In this document: piece after piece, positions 40,278 through 50,650 of the stretch
Layout of the letters: the number at the start of each line of letters is the position of its first letter
Numbering within the stretch: the first letter of the stretch is position 1
Assembly: GCA_052390235.1 (NCBI GenBank)
Contig: JBQTHB010000006.1
Coordinates: forward strand, 1 to 64,000
Source: Deltaproteobacteria bacterium
GTDB taxonomy: Bacteria; Desulfobacterota_D; UBA1144; Nemesobacterales; CSP1-2
Direction: 5' to 3'
DNA length: 64,000 nucleotides
Notes under the pieces: generated by a model
The model's database searches: none
Told to the model about the DNA's origin: nothing
The model's input: the letters and a program-made list of their open reading frames with translations, nothing else
Translations under genes and position numbers: made by a program

Positions 40278-42002
40278 ATGTCAGAGCACAGAACCCAATC
40301 CGGCAAACCAAAACACAATGACTTGCAATACGCAGTCAGCCTCCCCCGCAAGCGTCCTTTCGATGTGAAATGGTACGAGAAGGAAGACAGAACCAAGTGG
40401 GCGCTTCCCCTGGTGCTGAGGGAGCGGGCAGAATCGCTTGGGGATAAACCCTTTCTTCAGTTCGGCTATAACCCGCCCCTGAGCTTTGCCGAGACCAACC
40501 GCCTCGCCAATAAAATCGCAAACGGACTTTCAGCCCTCGGCATCCAGAAGGGGGATAAAGTCGCGGTCTATATGCCGAACTCCTCCGATTACGTTCTCAC
40601 CTGGTTTGGGATACTGAAATTAGGCGCGGTTATGGTGCCGATAAACACGGCATATAAAATGGACTTCCTCCAGTACATAATTGACGTTTCGGACTCTAAG
40701 GCGCTCTTTATCGCCGAGGAATACCTAGACCGTATGCCCCCCATCGCCGATAAAATCCCGCAGCTCCAGAGAGTCATCGTGTGGACGAGAGGGGCAAGCG
40801 GGGAGTTTGATCCGCGGGGATTCCATTTCAACCCCATGATGGCGTTTACGGAGTTTATGAGCGGGGCGGCAGACGGCGAGCCTAGGGCCGAGGTTACGCA
40901 CCTAGACCATGCCAGGCTCATGTACACATCCGGCACAACCGGACGCTCGAAAGGGGTAGTGCGCCCCTGTCAGGCGGATTTCCAGAGCGCGAGGAACTAC
41001 GCCGAGGTCATGGACGTGCATCCAGAGGATGTGTGCTTCACGTGCCTGCCGCTTTTTCACTCAAACGCCATGGTGCTGAGCGTCTATCCCGCGCTGATAA
41101 TGGGCGCGATGGCAGTGGTGGAGGAGAAATACAGCTCGACCAATTTCTGGAAATGGATGGTTGACTACAAGGTTACGAAATTCAACATCGTAGGCACCAT
41201 GTCTTACTTCATGTGGAACACCCCAGCCGTGCCGCAGGAGAGGGCGCACGGCGTGAAACTCGTTCTCGGCTCGCCCGCCCCGCACGACATTATCGAGGAG
41301 TTTATGGATAGATTCAATATTAAATTCATGGAGGGCTACGGGCTAACGGAAATCGGGCAGGTTACTTATATGCGCCCCGGAGAGCCGTTTAGAGCCGGTT
41401 CGTGCGGCAAGGAAGCCCCCGGCTACGAGATTAAGGTCTCAGACCCGGAAACGGACGAAGAGAGAGCGCGCGGGGAGATAGGCGAGATAATTGTGCGCCC
41501 CCGGATTCCAAATATTATGCTTCACTATTATCACAAAATGCCGGAGAAAACCGTGAGCGATTTTAGAAATTTCTGGTTTCACACGGGCGACGCCGGGCGC
41601 ATGGATGAAGATGGATACATCTACTTCGTTGACCGCGTGAAGGACTACATCCGGCGCAGAGGCGAGAACATTAGCTCCTTCGAGGTAGAGAGAATCATAA
41701 GCGCTCATCCCTCGGTTTCGGAATCAGCGGCTGTGGGGGTAAAAGCCGAATCCGGCAGATACGCCGAGGACGAGGTCATGATAGTTGTCATTAAAAAGCC
41801 GGGGATGGACCTATCGCCTGAGGAGTTACTTCAGTTCATCGAACCTCAGATGCCCCATTTCATGCTTCCCAGGTTCATCCGATTTGTAATGACGCTGCCC
41901 AAAACGGGAACTGAGCGCGTGCAAAAGAACAAACTCCGCGAGGCGGGAATCACCGAGGACACTTGGGACAGAGAGAAATCAGGGTATAAGATAAAACGTT
42001 AG
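40278..42002 (+). CDS. Acyl-CoA ligase, CaiC-like
   Basis: YTSGTTGRSKG, LPLFHSNA, EGYGLTE, WFHTGD, RRRGENISS; GAGGAG RBS. Confidence 0.93.
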   Translation: MSEHRTQSGKPKHNDLQYAVSLPRKRPFDVKWYEKEDRTKWALPLVLRERAESLGDKPFLQFGYNPPLSFAETNRLANKIANGLSALGIQKGDKVAVYMPNSSDYVLTWFGILKLGAVMVPINTAYKMDFLQYIIDVSDSKALFIAEEYLDRMPPIADKIPQLQRVIVWTRGASGEFDPRGFHFNPMMAFTEFMSGAADGEPRAEVTHLDHARLMYTSGTTGRSKGVVRPCQADFQSARNYAEVMDVHPEDVCFTCLPLFHSNAMVLSVYPALIMGAMAVVEEKYSSTNFWKWMVDYKVTKFNIVGTMSYFMWNTPAVPQERAHGVKLVLGSPAPHDIIEEFMDRFNIKFMEGYGLTEIGQVTYMRPGEPFRAGSCGKEAPGYEIKVSDPETDEERARGEIGEIIVRPRIPNIMLHYYHKMPEKTVSDFRNFWFHTGDAGRMDEDGYIYFVDRVKDYIRRRGENISSFEVERIISAHPSVSESAAVGVKAESGRYAEDEVMIVVIKKPGMDLSPEELLQFIEPQMPHFMLPRFIRFVMTLPKTGTERVQKNKLREAGITEDTWDREKSGYKIKR

Positions 42003-42021
42003 GGGTTGGAAATAAATCCAC

Positions 42022-43443
42022 ATGACCACAGAAGAGCTCGCCAAAGAAGCCGAGCTATTTATAGATTCTATTCCCCAGCTTAAGACGCTCGAAGGGAAGG
42101 CGCTTGTGGATTTCTCGAATCTGCTCGCGTTCGACGTCGGCACAATCTGCCAAATCTGCTCCCATACAGAGGATAATTTCGGCGCGGAAGAAGAGGCGGC
42201 TTCGGTGTTTTTCTATCTTGCCGCCGCCGCCCACTACTCGCCCGGGTGGACCCGCGATATTGCCATAAACCACTTTCGCGGATGGAAAACCACAGACCCA
42301 ACAACTAAAGAGAACCTGCGAAAGACCCTAAAAACCCTATTCGAGCAAACCAAAAGCTACGGGCTGAACAAACTATTCACCATAGACCAGGCGAGAGCGG
42401 CAAAAAACGACTCCCTCTTTGACAGCCTCGCCGCCGCCCTCTACAGAGCCGCTCAGGTCGTAACCAAAGCCGACGGTGCGGTATCCGCCAAGGAGGAAGA
42501 GGCGCTGAGGAAAATCTATAAATTAATCTATAACGCCGCGCCCCCTAATACCTCTGCGAGCCTCCCCTTCTCATTCTCATCTGCCTCCGGCGGCACTTCT
42601 CCTTCGCGCAGGGCTGAGACGACGGACGAGGTCATGGCCGACCTTAACGCCCTCATCGGACTTGGGGAAATTAAAGAGCAAGTTGCAAGCCTCGCAAACC
42701 TGCTGAAGGTACAAAACAAGCGCGCCGAGCGAGGGATGTCGAAAGTTCCCGTCTCGCTCCATTCCGTGTTCTATGGCCCTCCGGGAACAGGAAAAACCAC
42801 CGTAGCCCGCCTGCTCGGGAAGATTTACAGCAGCCTTGGGCTTCTCGCGCGGGGGCATATAGTCGAAACCGACAGGGCAGGCATGGTGGCAGGGTACATC
42901 GGGCAGACCTCGCTCAAGGTTGACGAAGTCGTCTCCTCAGCCCTCGACGGGGTACTTTTCATTGACGAAGCCTATGCCCTCAGGAAGGAGCATATCTCAA
43001 ATGACTTCGGGGAGGAGGCGATAGAGGTTCTCCTCAAGCGTATGGAGGACTACAGGGGCAGGCTAGTGGTGATAGTGGCAGGGTACACGGACGAGATGCA
43101 GGGATTTATTGACTCAAATCCGGGACTGAAGTCGAGATTCAACCGCTATTTTTTCTTCGACCACTATAAACCCGAAGCCCTCCTGCAGATATTCGAGAAA
43201 TTCTGCCGCGACGGACACTTCCGCCTAAGCTCAGAGGCGAGGGAAAGGCTCTTGGGGATGTTCGAGGCTCTATACGCCAAGAGGACTAAATCCTTCGGCA
43301 ACGCGAGGCTCGCGCGAAATGTCTTTGAGAAAACCATCGAGAGGCAGGCAAATAGAATCGTGAGCGTCGCGTTTCTCACCGATGAGATACTCTCAACCAT
43401 CGCCGAGGGAGACATCCCTGAGCCGGAGGGGTTCGGGGTCTGA
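42022..43443 (+). CDS. CbxX/SpoVK-family AAA+ ATPase with an N-terminal TerB-like region
   Basis: GPPGTGKTT, GVLFIDEAY, VIVAGY, SNPGLKSRF, FGNARLARN; ADGAVSAKEEEAL upstream. Confidence 0.88.
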   Translation: MTTEELAKEAELFIDSIPQLKTLEGKALVDFSNLLAFDVGTICQICSHTEDNFGAEEEAASVFFYLAAAAHYSPGWTRDIAINHFRGWKTTDPTTKENLRKTLKTLFEQTKSYGLNKLFTIDQARAAKNDSLFDSLAAALYRAAQVVTKADGAVSAKEEEALRKIYKLIYNAAPPNTSASLPFSFSSASGGTSPSRRAETTDEVMADLNALIGLGEIKEQVASLANLLKVQNKRAERGMSKVPVSLHSVFYGPPGTGKTTVARLLGKIYSSLGLLARGHIVETDRAGMVAGYIGQTSLKVDEVVSSALDGVLFIDEAYALRKEHISNDFGEEAIEVLLKRMEDYRGRLVVIVAGYTDEMQGFIDSNPGLKSRFNRYFFFDHYKPEALLQIFEKFCRDGHFRLSSEARERLLGMFEALYAKRTKSFGNARLARNVFEKTIERQANRIVSVAFLTDEILSTIAEGDIPEPEGFGV

Positions 43444-43551
43444 TGGATATTCTCAAGGGGAAATCCCCTCCTCCGCGCTTGAATATGAAATATTTTACGG
43501 TTTAATTATCCCCGACAAATTCCCCCGCAGTTAGGAGGCATCGCCAGAGCT

Positions 43552-44073
43552 ATGGAGCAACTCAAGAGGCACATCAGGGCAGTACCGGATTTCCCCAAGA
43601 AGGGGATACTGTTTCGGGACATCACCCCGCTTCTCCAGCATCGGGAGGCGTTCCGAGAGACAATAGACGCAATGTACGATATTGCCGCCGCAATGGGCGT
43701 TGACTGCGTCGTCGGAATCGAGTCGAGGGGTTTCATTCTCGCATCCGCCCTCGCCTATAGGCTCGGAGTGGGCCTTGCCATCGTGAGAAAACCGGGGAAA
43801 CTGCCGCATGAGAAAATTAGCGCCTCCTACGCCCTTGAATACGGGACGGACTCGCTTGAAGCTCACACGGACGCGGTCTCTAGGGGGGCGAGGGCGCTCA
43901 TTGTAGATGACCTGCTCGCAACGGGCGGCACTGCGGCGGCGGCTGGAAGCCTCATAAAGAGGCTGGGCGGCGATGTCGCGGGATACCTGTTCCTCATCGA
44001 ACTCCAAGGGCTAGCCGGACGGGAGCGTTTAGCGCCATCTTCCGTGAGGGCTTTAATGGAATTTCCGGCTTAA
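43552..44073 (+). CDS. apt: Adenine phosphoribosyltransferase
   Basis: PDFPKKGILFRDITPLL, RKPGKLP, VDDLLATGGT. Confidence 0.98.
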   Translation: MEQLKRHIRAVPDFPKKGILFRDITPLLQHREAFRETIDAMYDIAAAMGVDCVVGIESRGFILASALAYRLGVGLAIVRKPGKLPHEKISASYALEYGTDSLEAHTDAVSRGARALIVDDLLATGGTAAAAGSLIKRLGGDVAGYLFLIELQGLAGRERLAPSSVRALMEFPA

Positions 44074-44086
44074 AAGGTTTGCGAAC

Positions 44087-45178
44087 ATGGAAAAAATAGC
44101 GGTCAATTTAGGCGATAAATCCTATGAAATCCTAGTTGGCAGGGGACTTCTCTCAGAAATTCCCTCAGACCTGAAGCGCGGCAACCTCGCCCACGCCTAC
44201 GCCGTCATTACGGATTCCAACATCGCCCGGCTCTACGGAGAGGGTTTGGCGGAGGGGATGAAAACCGAGGGACTCCGCGCTCGCCTCATCTCGTTTCCCG
44301 CCGGAGAAGAGCATAAAACGAGAAAGACAAAAGCCATTATCGAAGATGAGATGCTCGCCTTTAAAATGGCTAGAGACTCCTGCGTCGTCGCCCTCGGAGG
44401 AGGCGTAGCGGGGGACATTGCCGGATTCGTCGCCGCGACCTTCGGCAGGGGGATTCCCTATGTTCAAGCTCCGACTACGCTCCTAGCTGCGGTTGACAGC
44501 TCCATAGGGGGCAAGACCGGAGTGGACACCCATCACGGCAAGAATTTAATCGGGGCGTTCCACCAGCCGTGGCGCGTCTATATTGACGTGGAAACGCTGC
44601 GAACCCTCCCTGAGAGGGAAATCCGCGAGGGACTCGCCGAGACAATCAAATACGGCGTCATAAGCGACGGGGATTTATTCGATTTTCTCGACGAGGGAGG
44701 CGTGGAGCGCGTCTTTGCCCTCGATGCCGATGCCCTCATCTATATCATTAAGAGGGGATGCGAAATCAAGGGCGGAGTCGTCGAGCAGGACGAGCGAGAG
44801 GCGAATCTGAGGAAAATTCTCAATTTCGGACACACAGTGGGACACGCCGTCGAGAACCTCTCCGGTTATACGATTTCTCACGGCAGGGCGATTTCCATAG
44901 GAATGGCGGCGGAAGGGAGAATCGCCGCGGAGATGGGTTTTTGGAGCGGAGGGCATCTCGAAAGGCTCATCGCTCTGCTCAAGAAAGCGGGACTGCCGAC
45001 AGATTTCCCAACCGAAATACCGGTTAAAAGAGTTATCGAAGCGATGAAGCTCGACAAAAAAGCGCGGGGCGGCAAAATCGAGATGACCATGCCTAAAAAA
45101 CTCGGAGCGATGGCCGATGTGGGCGGGAGTTTCGGCATCAAGGTTGACGACGCGGCGATAGAGCGAACCTTAGTATAG
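44087..45178 (+). CDS. aroB: 3-dehydroquinate synthase
   Basis: LGGGVAGD, PTTLLAAVDSSIGGKTG, LNFGHTVGHAVE. Confidence 0.97.
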   Translation: MEKIAVNLGDKSYEILVGRGLLSEIPSDLKRGNLAHAYAVITDSNIARLYGEGLAEGMKTEGLRARLISFPAGEEHKTRKTKAIIEDEMLAFKMARDSCVVALGGGVAGDIAGFVAATFGRGIPYVQAPTTLLAAVDSSIGGKTGVDTHHGKNLIGAFHQPWRVYIDVETLRTLPEREIREGLAETIKYGVISDGDLFDFLDEGGVERVFALDADALIYIIKRGCEIKGGVVEQDEREANLRKILNFGHTVGHAVENLSGYTISHGRAISIGMAAEGRIAAEMGFWSGGHLERLIALLKKAGLPTDFPTEIPVKRVIEAMKLDKKARGGKIEMTMPKKLGAMADVGGSFGIKVDDAAIERTLV

Positions 45179-45194
45179 AGGCATCCCCCCGCTT

Positions 45195-45806
45195 ATGACC
45201 ACTTCCCCTATGATACTTGATGCAAGCGACTATCGTCTGCCGCTCGATATGGGAGAGGTTTTCCGAAGACCGGGGCAGTGCGCTCTCGAGATAGGATTCG
45301 GCGAGGGGGATTTTCTCATAGAAATGGGTCTCGCCCTGCCGGACTGGAACTTCATCGGGATTGAAATCAAACGCTACAGGTTTAAGAAAGCCGTCAAAAA
45401 AGCCGAGCGAGAGGGGGCGCAGAACCTCAGGTTGCTCCTAATGGACGCAGAGGTCGCCGTAGCCGATGTTTTTCGGGACGAGACCTTTGACAGAGTCTAT
45501 ATCAATTTTCCAGACCCTTGGCCCAAGGAGCGGCACAAAAAGCACAGAATCGTGAGCGGGGACTTTCTTCGCGCTCTCTCGAATGTCATGAAGCCCGAAG
45601 GAGCGCTAGAGGTCGCAAGCGACTTCAGAGAATACGTTTTTGAAATCATCGAAGCCGCGCAAGAAACGGGGCTTTTCAGGAGCGAATTCCCTCATCCGGG
45701 CTACGTAAATGAAATTCCCGCGAGACCGGCGACTAAATTCGAGGCGGAGTTCAGGACGGAAGGCAGGAAGATTTACTATCTCAGATTCGGCAAATCCGCC
45801 CGCTAG
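45195..45806 (+). CDS. trmB: tRNA (guanine-N7)-methyltransferase
   Basis: LEIGFGEG, FPDPWPKERHKKHR, TKFE. Confidence 0.95.
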   Translation: MTTSPMILDASDYRLPLDMGEVFRRPGQCALEIGFGEGDFLIEMGLALPDWNFIGIEIKRYRFKKAVKKAEREGAQNLRLLLMDAEVAVADVFRDETFDRVYINFPDPWPKERHKKHRIVSGDFLRALSNVMKPEGALEVASDFREYVFEIIEAAQETGLFRSEFPHPGYVNEIPARPATKFEAEFRTEGRKIYYLRFGKSAR

Positions 45807-45874
45807 ATAGGATATTTACTATTTCGGCGCGCGGCTCCATCCGGTATAATTAACCCCGCCTAAGGAGAAACGAT

Positions 45875-46153
45875 ATGATGAATCTAACAACGCTCGCCGC
45901 GGCTCTCATCGCCGCATCAGCCCTCGCCACAGGATGCGCCGCAGGCACGGGAGGAGCGGGATACGGGTTTTTACTGATATTCATCCTCGCCCCGCTTGCC
46001 GGGATTGGACTCATGCTCCTGAAAAGAGCAGACACCCTAGCCGACTCGCTCTATACCATCGAAGGGCAGATTAAGCGGCTTGCGGGCAGACTCGATTCCA
46101 TTGAAGAGAAAATTAAGAGGCTCGAAGAGAATAAAAAAGCGGATATTAATTAG
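45875..46153 (+). CDS. Small membrane/lipoprotein with coiled-coil C-terminus
   Basis: AAGGAG RBS; LATGC lipobox-like motif, TM segment, heptad tail. Confidence 0.65.
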   Translation: MMNLTTLAAALIAASALATGCAAGTGGAGYGFLLIFILAPLAGIGLMLLKRADTLADSLYTIEGQIKRLAGRLDSIEEKIKRLEENKKADIN

Positions 46154-46260
46154 GATTGCGCCAGCGCCGCAGCTACATCAACCACGCATGGAACCTCGCC
46201 ATCAGATGGGTCCCCCCTCCCCTCTCCCGCGCTATGATTCAAACCCCAGTATTCTCTGCC

Positions 46261-46815
46261 TCACTCGCCTGCCGCGTCTTTTATAATCTGCTCTTGGTAC
46301 TTAAGAGGCACAGAGCCTAGGTCGTCAGTAACGTGGACGACTCCGTTATCATCCACCCACTTGAAATATTTGCCGAGTCTGGCCGCCTGCCCAGAGCCGC
46401 CGAGGGCAGATGATTGCTCGTAATATTCTTCGGACGCGCCCGTGGTGTCTTCCACCGGTTCGTAGGGGGTCTCATCAACGGCAAATTCCTCGGCGGGGGC
46501 GGGGTCTGTCTTCTCGCGAGGCTTGTTCACCTCGGCATTGGTCTTGCGCTCGGCGTTGCGGCTCAGGGTACTGCGTTTTTTATTGTCCGCAAGCCCGTTG
46601 CTTCCGAGCGTGGACATCTCGAAGTTATCTAAATCCTTTCGAGGTAGCACGAGCCCGTTGTTGTCAATCACGGGAGCGTCGGGGGTTTTGACCTCCGCCT
46701 TCTCAGTGGTTTGATTTGTGGACGGGGGGGACTGTTGCTCTGCGGCGTCCTGGGCTAGAGCCGGAATCGAAATCAGCATTGACGCCGAAATTATAATTGC
46801 TCCTAAAAGTTTCAT
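46261..46815 (-). CDS. Secreted protein with a C-terminal DUF4124-like motif
   Basis: Signal peptide ending ALA; YFKWVDDNGVVHVTDD...P.KY; AGGAGG RBS. Confidence 0.75.
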   Translation of the reverse strand: MKLLGAIIISASMLISIPALAQDAAEQQSPPSTNQTTEKAEVKTPDAPVIDNNGLVLPRKDLDNFEMSTLGSNGLADNKKRSTLSRNAERKTNAEVNKPREKTDPAPAEEFAVDETPYEPVEDTTGASEEYYEQSSALGGSGQAARLGKYFKWVDDNGVVHVTDDLGSVPLKYQEQIIKDAAGE

Positions 46816-46966
46816 CTGAAGCCTCCTCCTTGGAGGGAGAAATTTTATTGATAATAATACAACTTGGAGCGGAAATTCTCAATTAAACGAATTTTCAGAT
46901 GACCCGTTGATGAGCGCTGAAGCCCCGATTATACTCACCTCCCAATATGCGGGAGGAGACGAGACG

Positions 46967-47245
46967 ATGGATTTAGCGGATATTGTAGGCTGGGCGGCGT
47001 TTCTCATCACGGTAACTTACACCTGCGTGGGACTGCCGATACAGGTGCGCAAAAATTACCTGACGAAATCCACCTCGGGACTATCGCTGTTCATGATGGG
47101 GGCACTGTTTTTGACCTTCTCGGTTTGGATAGTTTATGGGAGCGTGAAATCCCCAAGGGATTGGTTCATCATCGCCTCAAACATCCCCGGAGCGATTTGG
47201 GCGTTTGTGATGCTCTGCCAATTCAGAATATACGGGAGAAAGTAG
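46967..47245 (+). CDS. SemiSWEET / PQ-loop transporter
   Basis: Three TM segments, GLPIQVRKNY..KSTSGLS, WIVYG, N.PG; GGAGG RBS. Confidence 0.8.
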   Translation: MDLADIVGWAAFLITVTYTCVGLPIQVRKNYLTKSTSGLSLFMMGALFLTFSVWIVYGSVKSPRDWFIIASNIPGAIWAFVMLCQFRIYGRK

Positions 47246-47318
47246 CGCCCGAAAACACCACTGTGCGCGGAGACGGGGGATACTGCCCAGTAGAGACTGT
47301 TTCCCTCGCGGTCAGCTT

Positions 47319-48119
47319 TTATACAATCTCAAGCCTCTCCATATCGCTTCGGGAGAGCCTCCAGCCCGACCCCCCGACGTTCTCCTCCGTGCGCAGAATC
47401 CCGTTCGATTTTGGTATAGCCACGACGTTGGTATGCGCGATACACCAATTGAGGGCGACCTGAGCCGGGGTTTTGCCGACTTCCGCTGCAATCCTCTCAA
47501 GGGCAAGGGCGCCGGACATGGGCAGGGAGCAGGATTTTTTCAGGATACCTCCGCCGTCGAGCGGCGTATAGGCGATAATCGTTATCCCACGCTCTTCGCA
47601 GTAGGGGGCGAGACTGCGCTCGATGCCTCGGCTACTGAGGTTGTAGAGGACCTGATTCGAGACTATGGCGTAATTGCGCATATAACTCTCTGCGAGCCGA
47701 AGAGTGTCGAGGTCAAAATTGCTCACGCCGATGTATTTTATAAGCCCCGCATCGGCAAGCCGCTCCATCGCCCGCATCGTGCCTTTAAGCGGGAATTCGG
47801 GGTTGAACCAGTGAACCTGATAGAGGTCTATCCGGTCAATTCCGAGGCGTTTGACACTCCCCTCGCACGCCCGAATCACGTCGTCATAGCCCAGATGCCT
47901 GCCCGATACTTTCGTTGCCACGAATACTCTATCGCGGATGCCTGCTATCGCCTCGCCGACGACCCCCTCTGTGCCATAGCCCTCGGCCGTGTCAATGAGA
48001 GATGCTCCGAGTTCAATGCCGCGCCGAAGAGGCTCTACGCCGCCCCGATAGTTCCATGTGCCAAGACCGATTTCAGGGATAAAAACGCCGGTATTCCCAA
48101 GCCGCTTTAAATTGACCAA
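47319..48119 (-). CDS. Aldo/keto reductase
   Basis: IGLGTW, IDTAEGYG, ATK, IDLYQVHW, IGVSNF, IPKS; TTG start inferred. Confidence 0.93.
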   Translation of the reverse strand: MVNLKRLGNTGVFIPEIGLGTWNYRGGVEPLRRGIELGASLIDTAEGYGTEGVVGEAIAGIRDRVFVATKVSGRHLGYDDVIRACEGSVKRLGIDRIDLYQVHWFNPEFPLKGTMRAMERLADAGLIKYIGVSNFDLDTLRLAESYMRNYAIVSNQVLYNLSSRGIERSLAPYCEERGITIIAYTPLDGGGILKKSCSLPMSGALALERIAAEVGKTPAQVALNWCIAHTNVVAIPKSNGILRTEENVGGSGWRLSRSDMERLEIV

Positions 48120-48141
48120 CCCATACCTCAATTCGCTTTGT

Positions 48142-49342
48142 TCAACTCGGAGCAAACTTTTTTATCTCTCGATGCAGTTGATGCCAAGCTTTTAGGTGTT
48201 CTCTTTTAACTCCACTTGCACTGGTATATTCAGACTGAAGCCACTTGGTATATTCATCAAGTATTCTTTGAGGATTATCAATCAGGCGTGTGTAATATTT
48301 TAGGGAAGGTATAACCCCATTGACGATAATCTGACAGCGATGATGTTTCCTAAATTTGCCTATCGCTTCTTGAACTGATAGATAATCTCCAAAATTCGGT
48401 TCGGCTGTTGTCAGAATATAATAACGGTCAATATCGGTGTTTTTGATTTTACGATAGGCGACATCAATCATATCGGCGGTTATCGGCTTTTTATGTTTTA
48501 TCTCAATAGATTCAAAAAGAGAGCCGTCTTGTTTCAATATGTCAATATCCCCGTATGACTTTGAACGAGAATCGGGGCTGGTGTGAGATTTCAAAGGGGC
48601 AAGAATTTTCCCGGAATATCTCTTAACATCGGAAATGAGGAAGTTATACACAGAGTAAACGGCTAAAACCGGAAGACGAGCTGTTCCGACAACCCCGGCG
48701 CCGTAGTTGTATGAGATATGACGGCTGATGCTTTCTATTATTTCGGCAATTGATATTGCGTCTGTGGTTTGAATTGTGTTAAGGATCGCCTCATCTCTCA
48801 CTACGGTTTCATAAATAAGCCCGATAAATACGACAACTATCTTAGGAGCAAGACCGGCTTCATTTTGTAAGCGGTCTAGTGTTAGGAGCAAGACCGGCTT
48901 CATTTTGTAAGCGGTCTAGTGTATTGAGAAAAGCGGTCTTTAAAGTCCTGTTTCTTATCCTGCCGGGGAAATCATGATCAAATGGGTGGGGTTGCTCCAA
49001 AGAGCGGGTCAACCATGCGCTCTCAGCCATGGCAAGATGCGGAAATCTATCCTTCAGAAATGGCGTAATATATTTAGTATCGAATGTTCTACCCGAATAG
49101 CCACTCGGCATACCTTCCTGATGCCTGCGAATATCCTGTTCGGGGTTATATATTTTATAAACAACAGAGGTCAGTGTAACCCCTAATACGGCTTTTTGAT
49201 TTTCGGCGTGTTGCAGAATTATTTTCAAGTCCCGAATACAGTCTTCGGATAATTCGGACAATAGGGGTTGAAGGGGTTTACTTTTTACCTGCTCATAAGC
49301 AGATTCCATTATTTCAGTAGGGCTTATAGGGGTTAGAGTCAT
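48142..49342 (-). pseudogene. Putative type II restriction endonuclease, frameshifted by a 40-bp tandem duplication
   Basis: Two ORFs share TLDRLQNEAGLAP; removing 40 bp gives one 386-aa ORF with GDIDI...EIKH PD-(D/E)xK-like motif; AT-rich; overlaps the methylase. Confidence 0.75.
48842..48921. repeat. Exact 40-bp tandem duplication
   Basis: TTAGGAGCAAGACCGGCTTCATTTTGTAAGCGGTCTAGTG twice. Confidence 0.98.
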
Positions 49343-50352
49343 CGCGCTCCCATAGGGACAACTGACACTTTACATTAGCCAAACGTTTTTGAGCATATAA
49401 GCAATATTCTTCGCTTATATCAAAGCCGATATAAGCTCTCTCACTCTGAAAGGCAGATACCGCAGTAGTGCCTGAACCGACAAACGGGTCAAGGACAATG
49501 TCGCCTTTTTGAGTAAGCAAATTAATAAACTCATCTACGATTTTCATCGGGTAAATGGCAGGATGAGGGCAATTCTTCAGGGATTCAACTGGAGCGGTAA
49601 TAACGTCTTTTTTCAACGGGTTGCCATGAATACGGATAATAGTAAACCCGTTTCGCTCCAACTGGATTTTTCGACCGCCGTCCTGTCCGCCAAATGGCTC
49701 GGAGTGAATACCTCTTATTTTCATACGAAATCCCTGAATACCTCCGCTTTTGACCTCTTCAATGACTTGTTCTAGCGCTTTCTTTGCCGTTTCTCTCTGA
49801 GTTGGCGTCAGTTCAGATAGCTCAATAAGCGAAAAGTATTTTTTACCTACATTTTCGCCAGTTCTATTGTAATTTTGAATAGGTTTTTCCTCTTTTATGG
49901 GCTTATAAAAGTCATCGAGGAAATACTTGTAGCTTTGAGATTTCACAAAATGAAAAAAGGGCTCTGTACCACTAACGAGTCTTCGGTTAAATTGCCTCGG
50001 CGTGGGATTGGATTTTACCCATGTTACAGAATTAACAAGGGTTACTCCGCACTGCTCGGTAGCGGCTACGGCGAACCTAACCAGTCGGCTTTACAATTCG
50101 GACACATTCCCGAAAAATCTTCATCAGCGCAGAGATATAATCTTCCAGCTTCTTTTCATTTCCAATACCGCCGCCGTTGTACTCGCGTTGCTGAAAATAG
50201 GGAGGGGAGGTAATAACCAAATCCACAGTATCGGATGGAATTTGCTTGATTAACTCCGCGCAATCACCGCATAAAATTTCATTCCAAAATGGCATTCCTA
50301 CAGGGCGATGAACGAAATACGCATCTAATCTTTGGCTGATTAGTTTACTCAT
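49314..50352 (-). pseudogene. Beta-class (N4-C/N6-A) DNA methyltransferase, frameshifted
   Basis: VITSPPY half stops at KPTG* (50077); RFAVAATEQ..TWVKSNPTP..HPAIYP..DPFVGSGTT continues in another frame; span 1039 nt is not divisible by 3. Confidence 0.85.
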
Positions 50353-50593
50353 GGGATATACCCCTAATCAATTCACTTGAGATTGTACCGACTATAAGTT
50401 TACATTTTTGCCTCATTCAAATCAAAACCAGTTATAGATTGAAGATTTTGGAGCAACTCTGATTCACGACTATAAAATTCAGATATTCAGCAGATTTCGG
50501 CTGAATGTATGGGATTTATTTATTATTGTGACAATTAATTACTACTCTAGGATTAAGGAAATTAAAAATTGCAGGAGGCAGATGAGTAATCCC

Positions 50594-50633
50594 CACCCCG
50601 CGGGAGACGGCGCATTGTGCCGCCTCCGGGGTG
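50594..50633 (-). terminator. Stem-loop downstream of sucB
   Basis: CACCCCG..GAGACGGCGCA-T-TGTGCCGCCTC-CGGGGTG hairpin. Confidence 0.5.
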
Positions 50634-50650
50634 AGAGCGTTTTGTATTAA

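Noticed and set aside
48842..48921. 40-bp repeat as a CRISPR array
   Set aside because: Only two directly adjacent copies with no spacer, inside a coding region; no cas genes in the window
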